Assembly: GCA_964016885.1 (NCBI GenBank)
Contig: OZ024760.1
Span: 27,342,001 to 27,406,000 of the forward strand
DNA length: 64,000 nt
From: Eledone cirrhosa
Taxonomy: Eukaryota
Direction of reading: 5' to 3'
Below, in pieces: positions 12,791 through 25,128 of the stretch; position 1 is the stretch's first letter; every line of letters starts with the position of its first letter. The position numbers and the translations under genes were made by a program. The notes beneath the pieces were generated by a model. It had not been told where the DNA came from. It saw nothing but the letters and a program-made list of their open reading frames with translations, and searched no databases.

Positions 12791-12933
12791 ATATTCAGGT
12801 AAATGTGTCTGTATATATATTAACAGGTAGATATATGTATATATAGTGTCTGTGTATATATGTATATATATATATATATATATTAACAGGTACATATATG
12901 CATATATAGTCTGTATATATTAACAGGTACATA

Positions 12934-13771
12934 CGAGGTGTGTCAGAAAAGTTCCAGGACTGATGCCACAAACGATTTATTTCAAACCCAAACTTTACAC
13001 GAAGAGTTTTCTCCTTCAAAGTAATCCCCCTGGAGTTTATAACTGTAATCTTAGCTCTCTGCAGCGATCAAACTTTTTTCTTCATAATTTTATATACATG
13101 TCCTCTGTTTCAGGTCGTCAAGCAATGAGCACAGAGCAACGAACAAACTTGAAGTTTCTGGTACGGTTGGGGAAAACTTCGTCAGAGATGAGACGATGTC
13201 ACGCTCATGTGTTTTTGAGTGGTGAAAGAGGTTTAAAGAAGGACGCGAGGACGTGGAAGATCACCCCAGGAGCGGAAGGCCCTCAACAACCAGGACTGAG
13301 GTCAATGTTGAGCGCGTCAGGCAGATGGTGCGTAGCGATCGTCGGCTGACTGTTCGACTGATGGCAAATGGGCTGGGCATGAATCGGGACAGCGTCTGGT
13401 CTGCGCGAAGATGGTGCCAAAACTGCTGAACGATGACCAGAAGGGTCGACGCATGCAAGTGTGCCAGGACATCCTCGGGCGTCTTGAAACCGAACCAGAC
13501 TTGCTAGGGACAGTCAACACCGGTGATGAGTCATGGATCTTCAAGTACGACCCGGAGGGGACCCGTTTTAAAGACGTGGACGACATCAAAAAGGCCGTGA
13601 CGACAGAACTGCGGAGGATCCCGGAAGAATCCTTTCAGGAGTGCATGCAAGCGTGGCAGAAAAGGATGGAAAAGTACATTAGACTCCAGGGGAATACTTT
13701 GAAGGAGAAAACTCTTAGTTTGAAATAAATCTTTTGTGACATCAGTCCTGGAACTTTTCTGACACACCTTG
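12934..13771 (+). mobile_element. Internally deleted mariner with intact TIRs and TA TSD
   Basis: ta|CGAGGTGTGTCAGAAAAGTTCCAGGACTGATG ... CATCAGTCCTGGAACTTTTCTGACACACCTTG|ta. Peptides EQRTNLKFLVRLGKT, MVPKLLNDDQK and TGDESWIFKYDPE are joined directly to the C-terminal GTRFKDVDDIKKA. Confidence 0.93.
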
Positions 13772-13773
13772 TA

Positions 13774-14170
13774 TATATATATATATATATATATATTAAC
13801 AGGTACATATATGTATATATTAACAGGTACATATATGTATATATAGTGTGTATATATGTATATATAGTGTGTTTATATTAACAGGTACATATTTGTATAT
13901 ATAGTGTGTATATATTAACAGGTACATATATGTATATATAGTGTGTATGTATTAACAGGTACATATATGTATATATAGTGTGTATATATGTATATATAGT
14001 GTGTATATATTAACAGGAACATATATGTATATATAGTGTGTATATATTAACAGGTAGATATATGTATATATAGTGTGTATATATGTATATATAGTGTGTA
14101 TATATTAACAGGTACATATATGTATATATAGTGTGTATATATGTATATATAGTGTGTATATATTAACACA
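13774..14170. repeat. Complex microsatellite (tatattaacaggtacatatatgtatatatagtgtg)n, also present at 12810-12932
   Basis: The same unit lies on both sides of the mariner. Confidence 0.85.
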
Positions 14171-14231
14171 TTTTATCTGCTCCTATTTTTCATGTTTTTC
14201 ACCTCAGTTGCTTGCTTACGTTATATGAATG

Positions 14232-14627
14232 TGTAACTGGCTGAGTATTCCACAGCAACTGAACTACCCACTAACAAACAAATATGAAAGTGGCTGAGTA
14301 TTCCACAGCAACTGAACTACCCGCTAACAAACAGGTGTGTAACTGGCTGAGTATTCCACAGCAACTGAATTACCTACTAACAAACAAATATGAAAGTGGC
14401 TGAGTATTCCACAGCAACTGAACTACCCTCTAACAAACAAATATGAAAGTGGCTGAGTATTCCACAGCAACTGAACTACCCGCTAACAAACAGATGTGTA
14501 ACTGGCTGAGTATTCCACAACAACTGAATTACCTACTAACAAACAAATATGAAAGTGGCTGAGTATTCCACAGCAACTGAACTACCCACTAACAAACAAA
14601 TGTGAAAGTGGCTGAGTATTCCACAGA
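14232..14627. repeat. 53-bp tandem repeat, ~7.5 copies
   Basis: ggctgagtattccacag at 14239, 14292, 14345, 14398 etc. Confidence 0.93.
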
Positions 14628-14829
14628 TGTTTGAACCTTTGACTTGCTGATTCTGGAATTTTAAAGATTTTTTCCCCAATTGTAATTAAAACCAAACTGA
14701 AGTGAGCAAATTTGAAGTGGACTTATTTTGTTCATTTAAATACTAATTAGTTTTCTACTAGTCTGGATTTAATGATTTGCATGGATTTCATTGATTGATG
14801 TGTTCAAATTAACTGATAGTTTGGATGTT

Positions 14830-16040
14830 AATCCCAGTATCTGTCAACATTAACTGACGGTATTTGATCCTAGCACCAGTATCTGTCAACATTAACTGAC
14901 AGTATTTGATCCTAGCACCAGTATCTGTCAACATTGACAGTATTTGATCCTAGCACCAGTATCTGTCAACATTAACTGATGGTATTTGATCCTAGCACCA
15001 GTATCTGTCAACATTAACTAACAGTATTTGATCCTAGCACCAGCATATGTCAACATTAACTGACAGTATTTGATCCTAGCACCAGCATCTGTCAACATTA
15101 ACTGACGGTATTTGATCCTACCACCAGTATCTGTCAACATTAACTGACGGTATTTGATCCTAGCACCAGCATCTGTCAACATTAACTGACGGTATTTGAT
15201 CCCAGCACCAGTATCTGTCAACATTAACTGACAGTATTTGATCCCAGCACCAGTATCTGTCAACATTAACTGACGGTATTTGATCCTAGCACCAGCATCT
15301 GTCAACATTAACTGACGGTATTTGATCCTAGCACCAGTATCTGTCAACATTAACTGACGGTATTTGATCCTAGCACCAGCATCTGTCAACATTAACTGAC
15401 AGTATTTGATCCTAGCACCAGTATCTGTCAACATTAACTGACGGTATTTGATCCTAGCACCAGTATCTGTCAACATTAACTGATGGTATTTGATCCTAGC
15501 GCCAGCATCTGTCAACATTAACTGACGGTATTTGATCCTAGCACCAGTATCTGTCAACATTAACTGACGGTATTTGATCCTAGCACCAGTATCTGTCAAC
15601 ATTAACTGATGGTATTTGATCCTAGCGCCAGCATCTGTCAACATTAACTGACGGTATTTGATCCTAGCACCAGTATCTGTCAACATTAACTGATGGTATT
15701 TGATCCTAGCACCAGTATCTGCCAACATTAACTGATGGTATTTGATCCTAGCACCACCATCTGCCAACATTAACTGATGGTATTTGATCTTAGCACCAGT
15801 ATCTGTCAACATTAACTGATGGTATTTGATCCTAGCACCAGTATCTGTCAACATTAACTGATGGTATTTGATCCTAGCACCAGTATCTGTCAACATTAAC
15901 TGATGGTATTTGATCCTAGCACCAGTATCTGTCAACATTAACTGATGGTATTTGATCCTAGCACCAGTATCTGTCAACATTAACTGATGGTATTTGATCC
16001 TAGCACCAGTATCTGTCAATATTAACTGATGGTATTTAGC
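14830..16040. repeat. 42-bp satellite, ~29 copies
   Basis: (gtatttgatcctagcaccagtatctgtcaacattaactgatg)n; source of ORF 15018-16019. Confidence 0.95.
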
Positions 16041-16044
16041 CCTA

Positions 16045-16465
16045 GTGGGTTAAATGGTACACAAGAAACAAGTAACCCTTGGGTCAAATAGGACAAAAAA
16101 ATGCAGGTAACTTCTTGGTTAAGTATGGCAAAAGATAAAAGTAATCCCTGGGTTAAATAGGTTACCAAAAGACATGTAACCCCTGGGTTAAATAGGTCAA
16201 AAGACAACCCATGGTTAAATAGGTCACAAGATAATCACAGGGTTAAATAGGTCAACAAAACATGTAACCCCTGGGCTAAATAGGTCAAAAGACAACCCCA
16301 GTGTTAAATAGGTCAAAAGATAACCCCAGGGTTAAACAGGTCAACAAAAGCACATGTAACCCCTGGGCTAAATAGGTCAACAAAAAACACATAACGCCTG
16401 GTTTAAATAGGTCAAAAGACAACCTCAGGGTTAAATAGGTCAAAAGACACATGTAGCCCCTGGGC
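16045..16465. repeat. Degenerate ~30-bp repeat (aacccctgggttaaataggtcaaaag)
   Basis: Recurrent gggttaaataggtcaa. Confidence 0.8.
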
Positions 16466-16583
16466 AAAGCAGGCTGGGAGAGACGGGTAAGCTGTGTTTT
16501 AACTGTTGTAAATGGAAGCAAGTAGCGAGGAGGTAATATCTAGAAGGCAGGGATAAAAACAAGATGACATTTGTAATTTACTC

Positions 16584-16589
16584 TTTATT
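16584..16589 (-). promoter_or_regulatory. Candidate polyadenylation signal AATAAA for the ChaC gene
   Basis: tttatt on the plus strand, ~80 nt downstream of the stop codon. Confidence 0.35.
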
Positions 16590-16670
16590 GTATATTGGAA
16601 GAAAATAATGATATCTCGAGGTAGATTATTAATATTATTAATTAATTAATTTTATTATTATTAATTACTA

Positions 16671-17039
16671 TCAGATATGTGTAGATAAATGTCGGACTTT
16701 GGCTTCCAACTGGAAGAGATGAAAATCATCTGCCCCAGGTACAAGTGTACGCATGGCATCGGCAAGGTTGAAAAGATAGTCACGATTTCGACCACTGCGT
16801 CCCTCCGCTTCAGCTATCTGTTTGGCCATCTCGTCCATTGATGCTGGACCGAGGAAGAACGGGTTGTCTTCGGAGCCGATGTACAGGGTCAGCTGAAATG
16901 GACTCTTGTTTTCTGTACTGATCGGATGGAACCATACGGTGACTGATTTGTAACCACCTTTTTCCCTGTAGTCTAAATGGTTGCGTACACTCTCAGCATC
17001 TTCGTTGGCAATTTCATAGGCAACTCCCCACACGACAGC
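16671..17039 (-). CDS. CHAC2: ChaC-family glutathione-specific gamma-glutamylcyclotransferase, last coding exon
   Basis: AVVWGVAYEI...LDYREKGGYK...LYIGSEDNPFFLGPA...GRSGRNRDYLFNLA...DDFHLFQLE closely matches human CHAC2 (CVWGVAY, LDFREKGGY, YIGTCDNPDYLGPA, GPSGRNTEYLFELA). Acceptor tgttttcacAG, phase 0; TGA at 16671. Confidence 0.93.
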   Translation of the reverse strand, partial: AVVWGVAYEIANEDAESVRNHLDYREKGGYKSVTVWFHPISTENKSPFQLTLYIGSEDNPFFLGPASMDEMAKQIAEAEGRSGRNRDYLFNLADAMRTLVPGADDFHLFQLEAKVRHLSTHI

Positions 17040-17076
17040 CTGTGAAAACATAAAAGGGTTAAAGAAAATGCTAAGT

Positions 17077-17440
17077 GGAGGTGCGTGGCCTAGTGGTAAG
17101 GGTGTTGGAGTTAGGATCATAATGTCGTGGGTTCAATTACTGGACTGGGTTGTGTGTTGTGTTCTTGAGCAAAACACTTCATTTCACATTGCTACAGTAT
17201 ACTCAGCTGAAAATGAATCCCAGCAATAGCTGGGGGTTTAACCCTGCGATGGACTGGCATCTTGTCCTGGGGGGAGTCTTGTACTCTCATAGGAGGCACG
17301 TGGCTTAGTGGTAAGGGTGTTGGACTTACAATCATAATGTTGTGGGTTTGATTCCTGCACTGGGTTGTGTGTTGTGTTCTTGAGCAAAACACTTCATTTC
17401 ACATTGCTCCAGTATACTCAGCTGAAAATGAATACCAGTG
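17077..17440 (+). mobile_element. Two tandem tRNA-derived SINE heads (related to family 2)
   Basis: ggaggtgcgtggcctagtggtaag (A box), gggttcaattac (B-box-like) and CORE-like ttcttgagcaaaacactt; repeated at 17291. Confidence 0.8.
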
Positions 17441-17637
17441 GGTGTAAAAGAGATAACAGATTCGTCACAGATTAATAATGATAAACTTAGGAAAATTATA
17501 TATACTACCAAAATTAGATTAAAGATGTCATGTCTGAGAATATCAGAAACATGTACCATATCACCTGTGGAATAAGCTCAAAGATTCCAATAAATCCGAG
17601 CATTTATTAACATTAAATTAAAAGTCGAATGACATAT

Positions 17638-18063
17638 ATCATCATCATCACCGTTTTACGCCCGTTCTTCCACACTAGCATGGGTTAGACAGGTTGTCCT
17701 GTTGTGGGCAGTGTCTAGTCGGCTGACCTTGTCTTGCTCATACGGGAACTGATTCTGGCTTGATTTCTACAGCTGGATGCCCTTCCTAACACCAACCTCA
17801 TTTACAGTGAGTGCTGGGTGCCTTTTTTTTTTTCCATGGCGCCTACACGTCCACTTTACAGTGTGGGCCGGGTGCTTTGCAGTGGAATGGTAGGGACACC
17901 CCCCACCCACTCCCTATCATCTCATTTCTACAGCTGAGTAAACTGGAGCAATGTGAAATAAAGTGTCTTGCTCAAGGAAACAACACATCACCCAGTCCGA
18001 GAATTGAACTCACAACCTTTTGACTGCAAGCCCAATGCTCTAACCACTAAGCCATATGCCTCC
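17638..18063 (-). mobile_element. tRNA-derived SINE family 2 with RTE-type tail
   Basis: Reverse complement of the 60814-61233 copy. Confidence 0.88.
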
Positions 18064-18453
18064 ATATATACATATATATACAATACATATATATATGTAT
18101 GTTAATAGGGGCGTAAACAAGAGGAGAAAAGTTGCCCTTCGTCAGCGGTGGTTGATTAAGGGCCACTTTTATTCTCTTGTTTACATTCCTATTACCTTCT
18201 TACACTATCATCATCATCATCATCATCATCATTTTACGTCCGCTTTTCCCTGCTTGCAAGGGTGGGACTATATATATACATATATATAATAAACACATCA
18301 AACAATTACAGGGGATAATTTGTAAAGAGTGTAAACACACATAGTTACGGAGGTAACATATTAAAAATTAACAAGAACCTTGAATATAGATACCTTGCAA
18401 TAATGATTAATCTCCTTTATATATATTCCATTGAAGAAATATATTTCACCATT

Positions 18454-18493
<40 letters not shown>

Positions 18494-18804
18494 CTGGAGC
18501 CCTTATTAAAACACCCAAGAAATCTCCTATGAGATACAACCTCAGATGAGACAAGCTAAACCTACATCTGTGTGAGCTGTAAATTTAATTTGACTTCCTT
18601 TCAAGGTTAGTAATATGGTAAACAGTGATTTGCATGCAGGGAAAATTGCTGGTCTCCTATATGGGGGAAAAAAAAAAAAAAAAAAAAAATGAAACCTTGC
18701 TCAGATCTACATCTTGGAGAGGAACTTTCCAAGATGTAGATTCTTGATTTTATGAAACCTACAGATGTCCAATGCTAGAGTAGGATAGTGTCAATGATCT
18801 TTTT

Positions 18805-18955
18805 TAGGCACTTAGACCCTTCTTATTGTACACGTGGTCCCTTCCTATTGTGCACTTGGACCCTTCTTATTGTGCACTTGGACCCTTCCTATTGTGCACT
18901 TGGACTCTTCTTATTGTGCACTTGATCCACTCCTATTGTGCACTTGGACCCTTTT
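18805..18955. repeat. 22-bp minisatellite (cacttggacccttcctattgtg)n
   Basis: ttgtgcac at 18848, 18870, 18892. Confidence 0.9.
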
Positions 18956-18997
18956 TCACCATGTCCCATACAGTAAGAAAAAAGGTTTCTAACTTAC

Positions 18998-19039
18998 CTC
19001 GGAGTTATCACTCTGCACCAATGTAACCACTCGGCCTGG
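18998..19039 (-). CDS. CHAC2: ChaC gene 42-nt internal micro-exon (PGRVVTLVQSDNSE)
   Basis: tttattttcAG|CCA GGC CGA GTG GTT ACA TTG GTG CAG AGT GAT AAC TCC GAG|GTaagtt. It matches CHAC2 PGRVVTLVEDPAG and is in frame with the last exon. Not in the ORF track. Confidence 0.92.
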
Positions 19040-19349
19040 CTGAAAATAAATAAAAACAAAAAAAATTAAGTTATAATTTGATGCTCCAGCATGGTCTCAG
19101 CTGTCATTTCGAGAAAAAAAGATCAATTTAATCCATAAGATCACAATTTAATCCATAAGATTGAGACATTTCAATATATGAATCAATAGGTCCGGGGAGT
19201 GATATTAAAATCAAATTGTGGTCGGACCTCATCTTCAGAACGTATAAAACAAATTTCAAAAATCTGTCACTTATGGAGGAAACTAGAAAAAACATGAAAA
19301 ACTTAACAAAGGTTCTTATATAAAATTGTGACGAAAGGTTTTAGTTAAA

Positions 19350-19490
19350 TACTAGCAGAATGGCCCGGCGTTGCTCGGGATTTGTTCTAGGGTTCTTATA
19401 TATATATTTATCCTTATCAAGCCTCGTGAAATAAATACGTTTGTTTATATTTTGTTATTGTGTATGCAAAAATATCTGTACACGAATATA

Positions 19491-19543
<53 letters not shown>

Positions 19544-19987
19544 TGAAATAACAGATTAAAGTTTAAGCAGAGAATCGCTGCTTTCACCCTTAACGGGATC
19601 TTCTGAAACTAAAAAAATCAATCTGTGAACGCAGAAGTAAATATTTTGAAAAACGTTACACACTATATATATATACACACTATATATACATATATATACA
19701 CACATACACAGCGCCATAATGTTGTAATGCAGACAGCCAGACATACAGACAGATATTATAAGGGTGCAACGTAATATCTATGTATCTATCTAAAAAGAGA
19801 AAGACTAAGAGAGAGAGAGAAAGAGATCGCTAAATTACCTAATGCGGTCCCTAGAGCATTGAAAATTTGAAATTTTTTTTGCTCAAAACACGCACGAGAC
19901 CATAAGTATTTCATGTGTAAAGTTTGAAAAAACTCGGTTGGGTGGTTCCCGAGTTTTAGTGATTGGACAGACAGACAGACATTCTCT
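19350..19987 (+). mobile_element. Second Helitron/Helentron-like non-autonomous element with internal insertions
   Basis: actagcagaatggcccggcgttgctcggg ... cctaatgcggtccctag ... aaactcggttgggtggttc ... acagacagacagac. Confidence 0.6.
19560..19610 (-). ncRNA. Hammerhead-like fold, family D (best-paired copy)
   Basis: AGTTT CAGAAGA T CCC gttaa GGG T GAAA GCAG cgattct CTGC TT AAACT. Confidence 0.6.
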
Positions 19988-20599
19988 GATAAACACTGTC
20001 TATGATTTTCAAATAATTTTGAAAATAGTCAAGAATTTGGTGGGATGTAAAATTCTCATTATTAGTCTATTGTTATGTGAGGGTGGTGAATTGGTGGTAT
20101 TGGTAGAGGGTCGGTCACCATGCTTTCCAGCATAGAGTTACGGCCCTTTACGGTCTGAGTTCAAATCCCGTCGAGGTTAACTTTGCCTTTCACCCTTACG
20201 GGTGTATTTCTTATGAAAGACACTGCCTATGGTTTTCAAAGAATTTGGTGGGATTTAGTAAAATGTAGCTTTCTTATTATTAAGTTGGTGTTGGGAACAT
20301 AACTTAACAACGGTTCTTATATGAAATTGTGATGGCAGTTTTTAGTTAAATATAAACACTGCCTATAATAGTCAAGAATTTGGTGGGATTTAATGAAATA
20401 TGTAACATACTCATTATTAATCTATTGTTTGACTTTGCCTTTCATCCTTACGGGGTCGATAAAATTAAGTACCCGTAATGTACTGGGGTAATTTGCTGGC
20501 CTTGTGCCAAATGTAGAAACAATTATTAGTCTATTTGGTACATAAATGTTTTAATATAAAATTATGATAGTTTTTTTACATAAATATAAACACTTTAAC

Positions 20600-21186
20600 C
20601 CTTTAGCATTTAAACCAGCTGTATCTGGCCAAAATTCTCACACCTCTTTTTGTTCAAACCAGCTGTAACCACTGTTCATACTGATGTTAAGATATTGTTC
20701 TCAAAATAAATAATATCAAAATCTCTTAGATTCGATATTATGTGAGGTAAAACCTTTACAGTGAAAATATAATAATAAATATAGAGCAATGTAAATACTA
20801 AAGGGCTAAACCGACAGTAACCGGCCACTCATACTGATGTTAAGGTATTGTTCTCAAAATAAACAATATCAAAATCTCATAGATTCAATATTATGTGAGA
20901 TATTATGTGAGGTAAAACCTTTATCATGAAAATACAATAGTATATATAGAGTAATGTAAATGTTATGTGAGATATTATGTGAGGTAAAGCCTTTACTGTG
21001 AAAATACAATAGTATATATAGAGTAATGTAAATGTTATGTGAGATATTATGTGAGGTAAAGCCTTTACTGTGAAAATACAATAGTATATATAGAGTAATG
21101 TAAATGTTATGTGAGATATTATGTGAGGTAAAGCCTTTACTGTGAAAATACAATAGTAAATATAGAACAATGTAAATGTTAAAGGG
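20600..21186. mobile_element. piggyBac-like MITE (same family as 6199-7139), partially duplicated, ~4 internal units
   Basis: ttaa|ccctttagcatt ... aatgttaaaggg|ttaa. Confidence 0.85.
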
Positions 21187-21419
21187 TTAATGGACGAAGA
21201 ACCAAGTCAAAAGGTCCTATCATTTTTTTGTTGAGAAATGTATTAGGCGCCATAAGTAAAGTGGTTCGACAAAACCGGAAGCAAGTAAATAAAGGATATG
21301 AATATGATGGAAGGGAAACTATTTGTTCCTTAAAATTGATTAGAATGAAATAATGGTTCTTAAAAAAATCTATCGAATCTAATCTGGCTGAGTCTACACT
21401 CCCAAATAAGAAGAACCAG

Positions 21420-21880
21420 GGCTGCCCCTAGGAGCATTGGATTTGGTGTACTTCATATTTGTTTCAGTTGCTGAATACAATCAGGGGTTGCTGCATCTCC
21501 TGAAGGTCAATAGTTCTCTTCTAACTCGAGCGGGAGCGCCTGTCCATTGTCAATTTGCATTGATCATCTGCAAAGCCACATTGTTCTCAGAACCACTACA
21601 CCAGTCTTTCGATGCGTGCAGCTGGAACTACTGCCACCCATTGATTTAGCAGGATTTAAAAAATATTTTCTTTTCTTTTATTTTAAGTGGCCATTGACTC
21701 TTGTGAGCTCTTCCGCCCTTTGTCAGGTTTTGTTTTTTGTCCTGCAGGGTATCCAAAATTACCCTCCTCACCAAGTAAATTTGGTGGGGTTGCTGGTTTA
21801 GTCGCCAACGACCCGACCATGAGACAGGTTGTACTGGGTTACATGATACCAGTAGCACTCAAGAGTGACCTGACTGTTTA
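21420..21880 (-). mobile_element. Probable 5'UTR fragment of an RTE-like LINE; structured, GC-richer island
   Basis: Six consecutive short hairpins on the minus strand, followed by a short start MKYTKSNAPRGSPG. Assignment is by general resemblance only. Confidence 0.35.
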
Positions 21881-22409
21881 TTTAAAAAAATGGATATTAT
21901 AATTAATGAAAAAATAGGATTAATTATATAGAATTAGGTTAGAATAACAGAAAGATGTGAAGTGTTACACTCCTTACAGTAGAAATAACTTATCAGTAGG
22001 GAGGTGATATGATGTAAAGTAATTTCACTTAAACTTGCTAATATGACAATCTTTTCAGAACAAATTAATTAAAGAAGACAATATATCTCTATTAAAACTA
22101 GAAATAAGGGGTGAGATAAGGAAAGTTGAATAGAAATGCTTATTTTATCATATTTAATGACCTAGTTAAGTTTACCAGGGTATAATACGTCTGTCTATTA
22201 AGTGTTTATCTAGTGTATGTGGTATGTTAAGTGAAAGGGAAAAGCTAAGTTTGGGGTCAAACACATCTGTAATGAAATTATACAAGGGGGAAGATAAGAA
22301 TGTGTTGTAGTGTTAGGCCACGGTATAAGGGAATACAGAATTAAGATTACTTATTAAAATTATAAAATTGTCTTATAGAGAATGTGGTCAAACATTATAT
22401 TATATCGTA

Positions 22410-22757
22410 ATGTCAATGTGCGTGAACGACGAAGCATGGACGAGTTGAGAGAGAAACTGTGTTTAAGAGGGATAAGTTGTAGTGTGCAGGAGAGAATACT
22501 GTGATGGTATGGACATGTGATGCACATGGAGGATGACCGCTGGGTAAAGAAGTGCCAAGAAATCCCAGTAGAAGGAAGACGCAGTAGAAGAAGACCACAA
22601 ACAACATAGGCGGAGGTGGTGCGAGCAGACCTCAGATTACTGTAGCTCACGGTGGAGATGACGAAGGACCGTGACAAGTGGAGAGATACTGTGCTGAATA
22701 GGACCTGTCCCACCCCTTGCAAGCAGGGAAAAGTGGACGTAAAATGATGATGATGAC
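22410..22757 (+). mobile_element. RTE 3' fragment with (GAT)n tail
   Basis: RRSMDELREKLCLRGISCSVQERIL*WYGHVMHMEDDRWVKKC. The tail cccacccttgcaagcagggaaaag is shared with SINE family 2. Confidence 0.88.
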
Positions 22758-23119
22758 ATTAGAAGTAACTGAAGGAAAAGATCTCTCAAGGTAGGGGTTC
22801 ATAAATAAATAGTATTATGGGAGGAGAGATATCTGGGGACGTGTGATTCCTAGATAGCTATAACCTACAGTAACTTAAAGAGATTATACATCTAAAGGGA
22901 AGGAATAGGGGAGCGTAACAAAAATATAATATAAGACTCCTATTAAGTTAGGAAAGAAGGTATAGAGGATCTTAATAAGGTGTAATAGATAAATATATAA
23001 GGTGGGAGTAATGATTAATGGGGTTAAAGTGTGAAGAGAGTAAAAATCAAGCTGAATATAAGTTAGGATGGTAAGTAGAAGGAGTAAGGTATAAAAGGTG
23101 CTAAATTAACTATTAAAAT

Positions 23120-23551
23120 CTAAGTAGGATCAAAAACTCTGTTCGAGAATGAGTGGGCCAATTGATGACAATTAATCACAATTTCATTGCGATCATTAAT
23201 TGGGCTACGTTCAGACATAGTTATGAAAAAAATTTCCATCAAACAGAGATCGCAATGCCCCTTGCAACCACTGTATGGAGAAAATTTTGCAAGGATGTCC
23301 CAGACCGAAGTATATTTAGTATTAGATGCCACCAGCTCATTAATATATCTCGATAAAGAAGTGGTATTTTTTAATTTCCTATTCTTAAAGGAATGAATAT
23401 GGGAATTAAATCGAGTTTTAAATCTGTTAGCAGTAGCTCCAATGTACGTTTTAGTACCACTTTGGGTGTTTACAATGCATCTATATACTACGTTATTAAT
23501 TAGACATCGACTGTCAAGAGGGCAGTTATTAGGATTTCTACAATTACAGTT
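23120..23551 (-). mobile_element. Naiad-type Penelope-like element GIY-YIG endonuclease fragment (frameshifted)
   Basis: NCNCRNPNNCPLDSRCLINNVVYRCIVNTQSGTKTYIGATAN / FKTRFNSHIHSFKN...TSLSRYINEL...WDILAK...CDLCLME...INDRNE...CH. Confidence 0.85.
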
Positions 23552-23556
23552 TACAT

Positions 23557-24075
23557 TGGAGACACTGGAGCCAGTGATGAATGTTGTGAAGAGAAATAGA
23601 GTGAGATGGTTGGGTCATGTGTTGAGGAAGGATGGAAGTGACTGGGCGGGAGAAATAGAGCCAGTGATGTATGTTGTGAAGAGAAATAGAGTGAGATGGT
23701 TGGGTCATGTGTTGAGGAAAGTGGGAAGTAACTGGGTGAGAGGAACAGGGTCAGTGATGAATGTTGTGAAGAGAAATGTTGGGTCATGTGTTGAGGAAAG
23801 TGGGAAGTAACTGGGTGAGAGGAACAGGGTCAGTGATGAATGTTGTGAAGAGAAATGGAAATTAGATGGCTAGGTCATGTGTTGAAGAAAGGGGGAAGTA
23901 ATTTTGTTAGAACAGTGATGGAAATTAATATGGGAAGTGAAAGGGGAAGATCATGAGTACATGGCTAAAGATGATAGAGGAGGAAAAGAAAGCCAGGGGT
24001 TAGGGAGGGTTAATGTAGAGGGCATAGGGGAAAATGGAAGATCTTTAGTAGGAAAAACGGTCTTAAAACACTTGT
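23557..24075 (+). mobile_element. RTE 3' fragment with a tandemly repeated RWLGHVLRK segment
   Basis: ORF 23442-23810 repeats EPVMNVVKRNRVRWLGHVLRK. Confidence 0.75.
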
Positions 24076-24499
24076 GTTGGTATCAAAAGTGTTAAATCAA
24101 ACCCCAGTAAATTGATGGTATGTAAACAATATATTGAACTCTATGTAATTATTGGTATAAATAGTTAAATTTAGCCCCCAATATATAGTTGGTATAAACA
24201 ACTATAGTAACATTAGTGGTATATAGATAATTAAACTGAGACCCCCAATTAGATTGGTGGTATAGGTAATTAAATTGAGATGTCAACCCAAATACATAGT
24301 TGGTATAAATAACTAAATTAACCCCATTATATTGCTGGTATTTGGTATTTGAATAACTAATTTCACCTCAATACATTATTAGTTTAAATATTTAAGTAAA
24401 TGTTAAAACAATTAGTAAAATCTATTTATTCATTAATTTTGTTTGTTAATTAATTTTTTAGATACCAACCCGCCTTTGGTTCTATGGGACAAAACTACT

Positions 24500-24775
24500 T
24501 GTTTTAAGGTGTTCTAGGACCACCCATTTTAAAGGCTTCCAAAATACCTATTTTAAAGGGTTCTCAGACTATATATTTGAAAGGGTTGTAAGTTTTCCTA
24601 TTTTAAAAAATTGTAGGACAACCCATTTTAAAGGGTTCTCATATCACCTATTTTAAAAGGTTCTAAGGTTTCTTATTTTAAAAAATTCTAGGACGACCCA
24701 TTTTAAAAGGTTCTAAGACCAATTTTAAAGGGTTCTGTCACCACCCATTTTAAAGGAGTCTATGACCACCCAATA
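24500..24775. repeat. Degenerate ~29-bp repeat (ttttaaaagggttctaggaccaccca)
   Basis: Recurrent cccattttaaaagggttct. Confidence 0.75.
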
Positions 24776-25128
24776 CAACAGAGTTGGTTTTAAATATTGT
24801 AGCTTACACTCCAATATTGTGTCCTACACTCCCCCCCCCCATAATTATATTTTTCTCCCCAAACTACCAAAACATCTATTTGCATATGCACTATAATTTA
24901 TGTGCATGTTATGTTTATTGCATATATCGAAGTTATTTATATCTAAGTAATAACAGCTAAACTAATCAATAAAACTAAATTGACTAAATTTGGCCACCTC
25001 CCATCTCCAATTAAAAAATGCTTCCACTGCCCCTTGAGTGGTACCTTAATTACTGACTGCACCAATTACAAGAATGTGATTAATATGACAGCTGTTTCAT
25101 CAAGTAAGGTTGCAGCTTAACTACTTAC

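Noticed and set aside
15018-16019. 333-aa repetitive ORF (MLTDTGARIKYHQL)n
   Set aside because: It is a 42-bp satellite that happens to be open in one frame; no splice signals or homology seen.
17040-17120. N-terminus of ORF 16671-17120 (MILTPTPLPLGHAPP...)
   Set aside because: It is intronic antisense SINE sequence upstream of the real splice acceptor.
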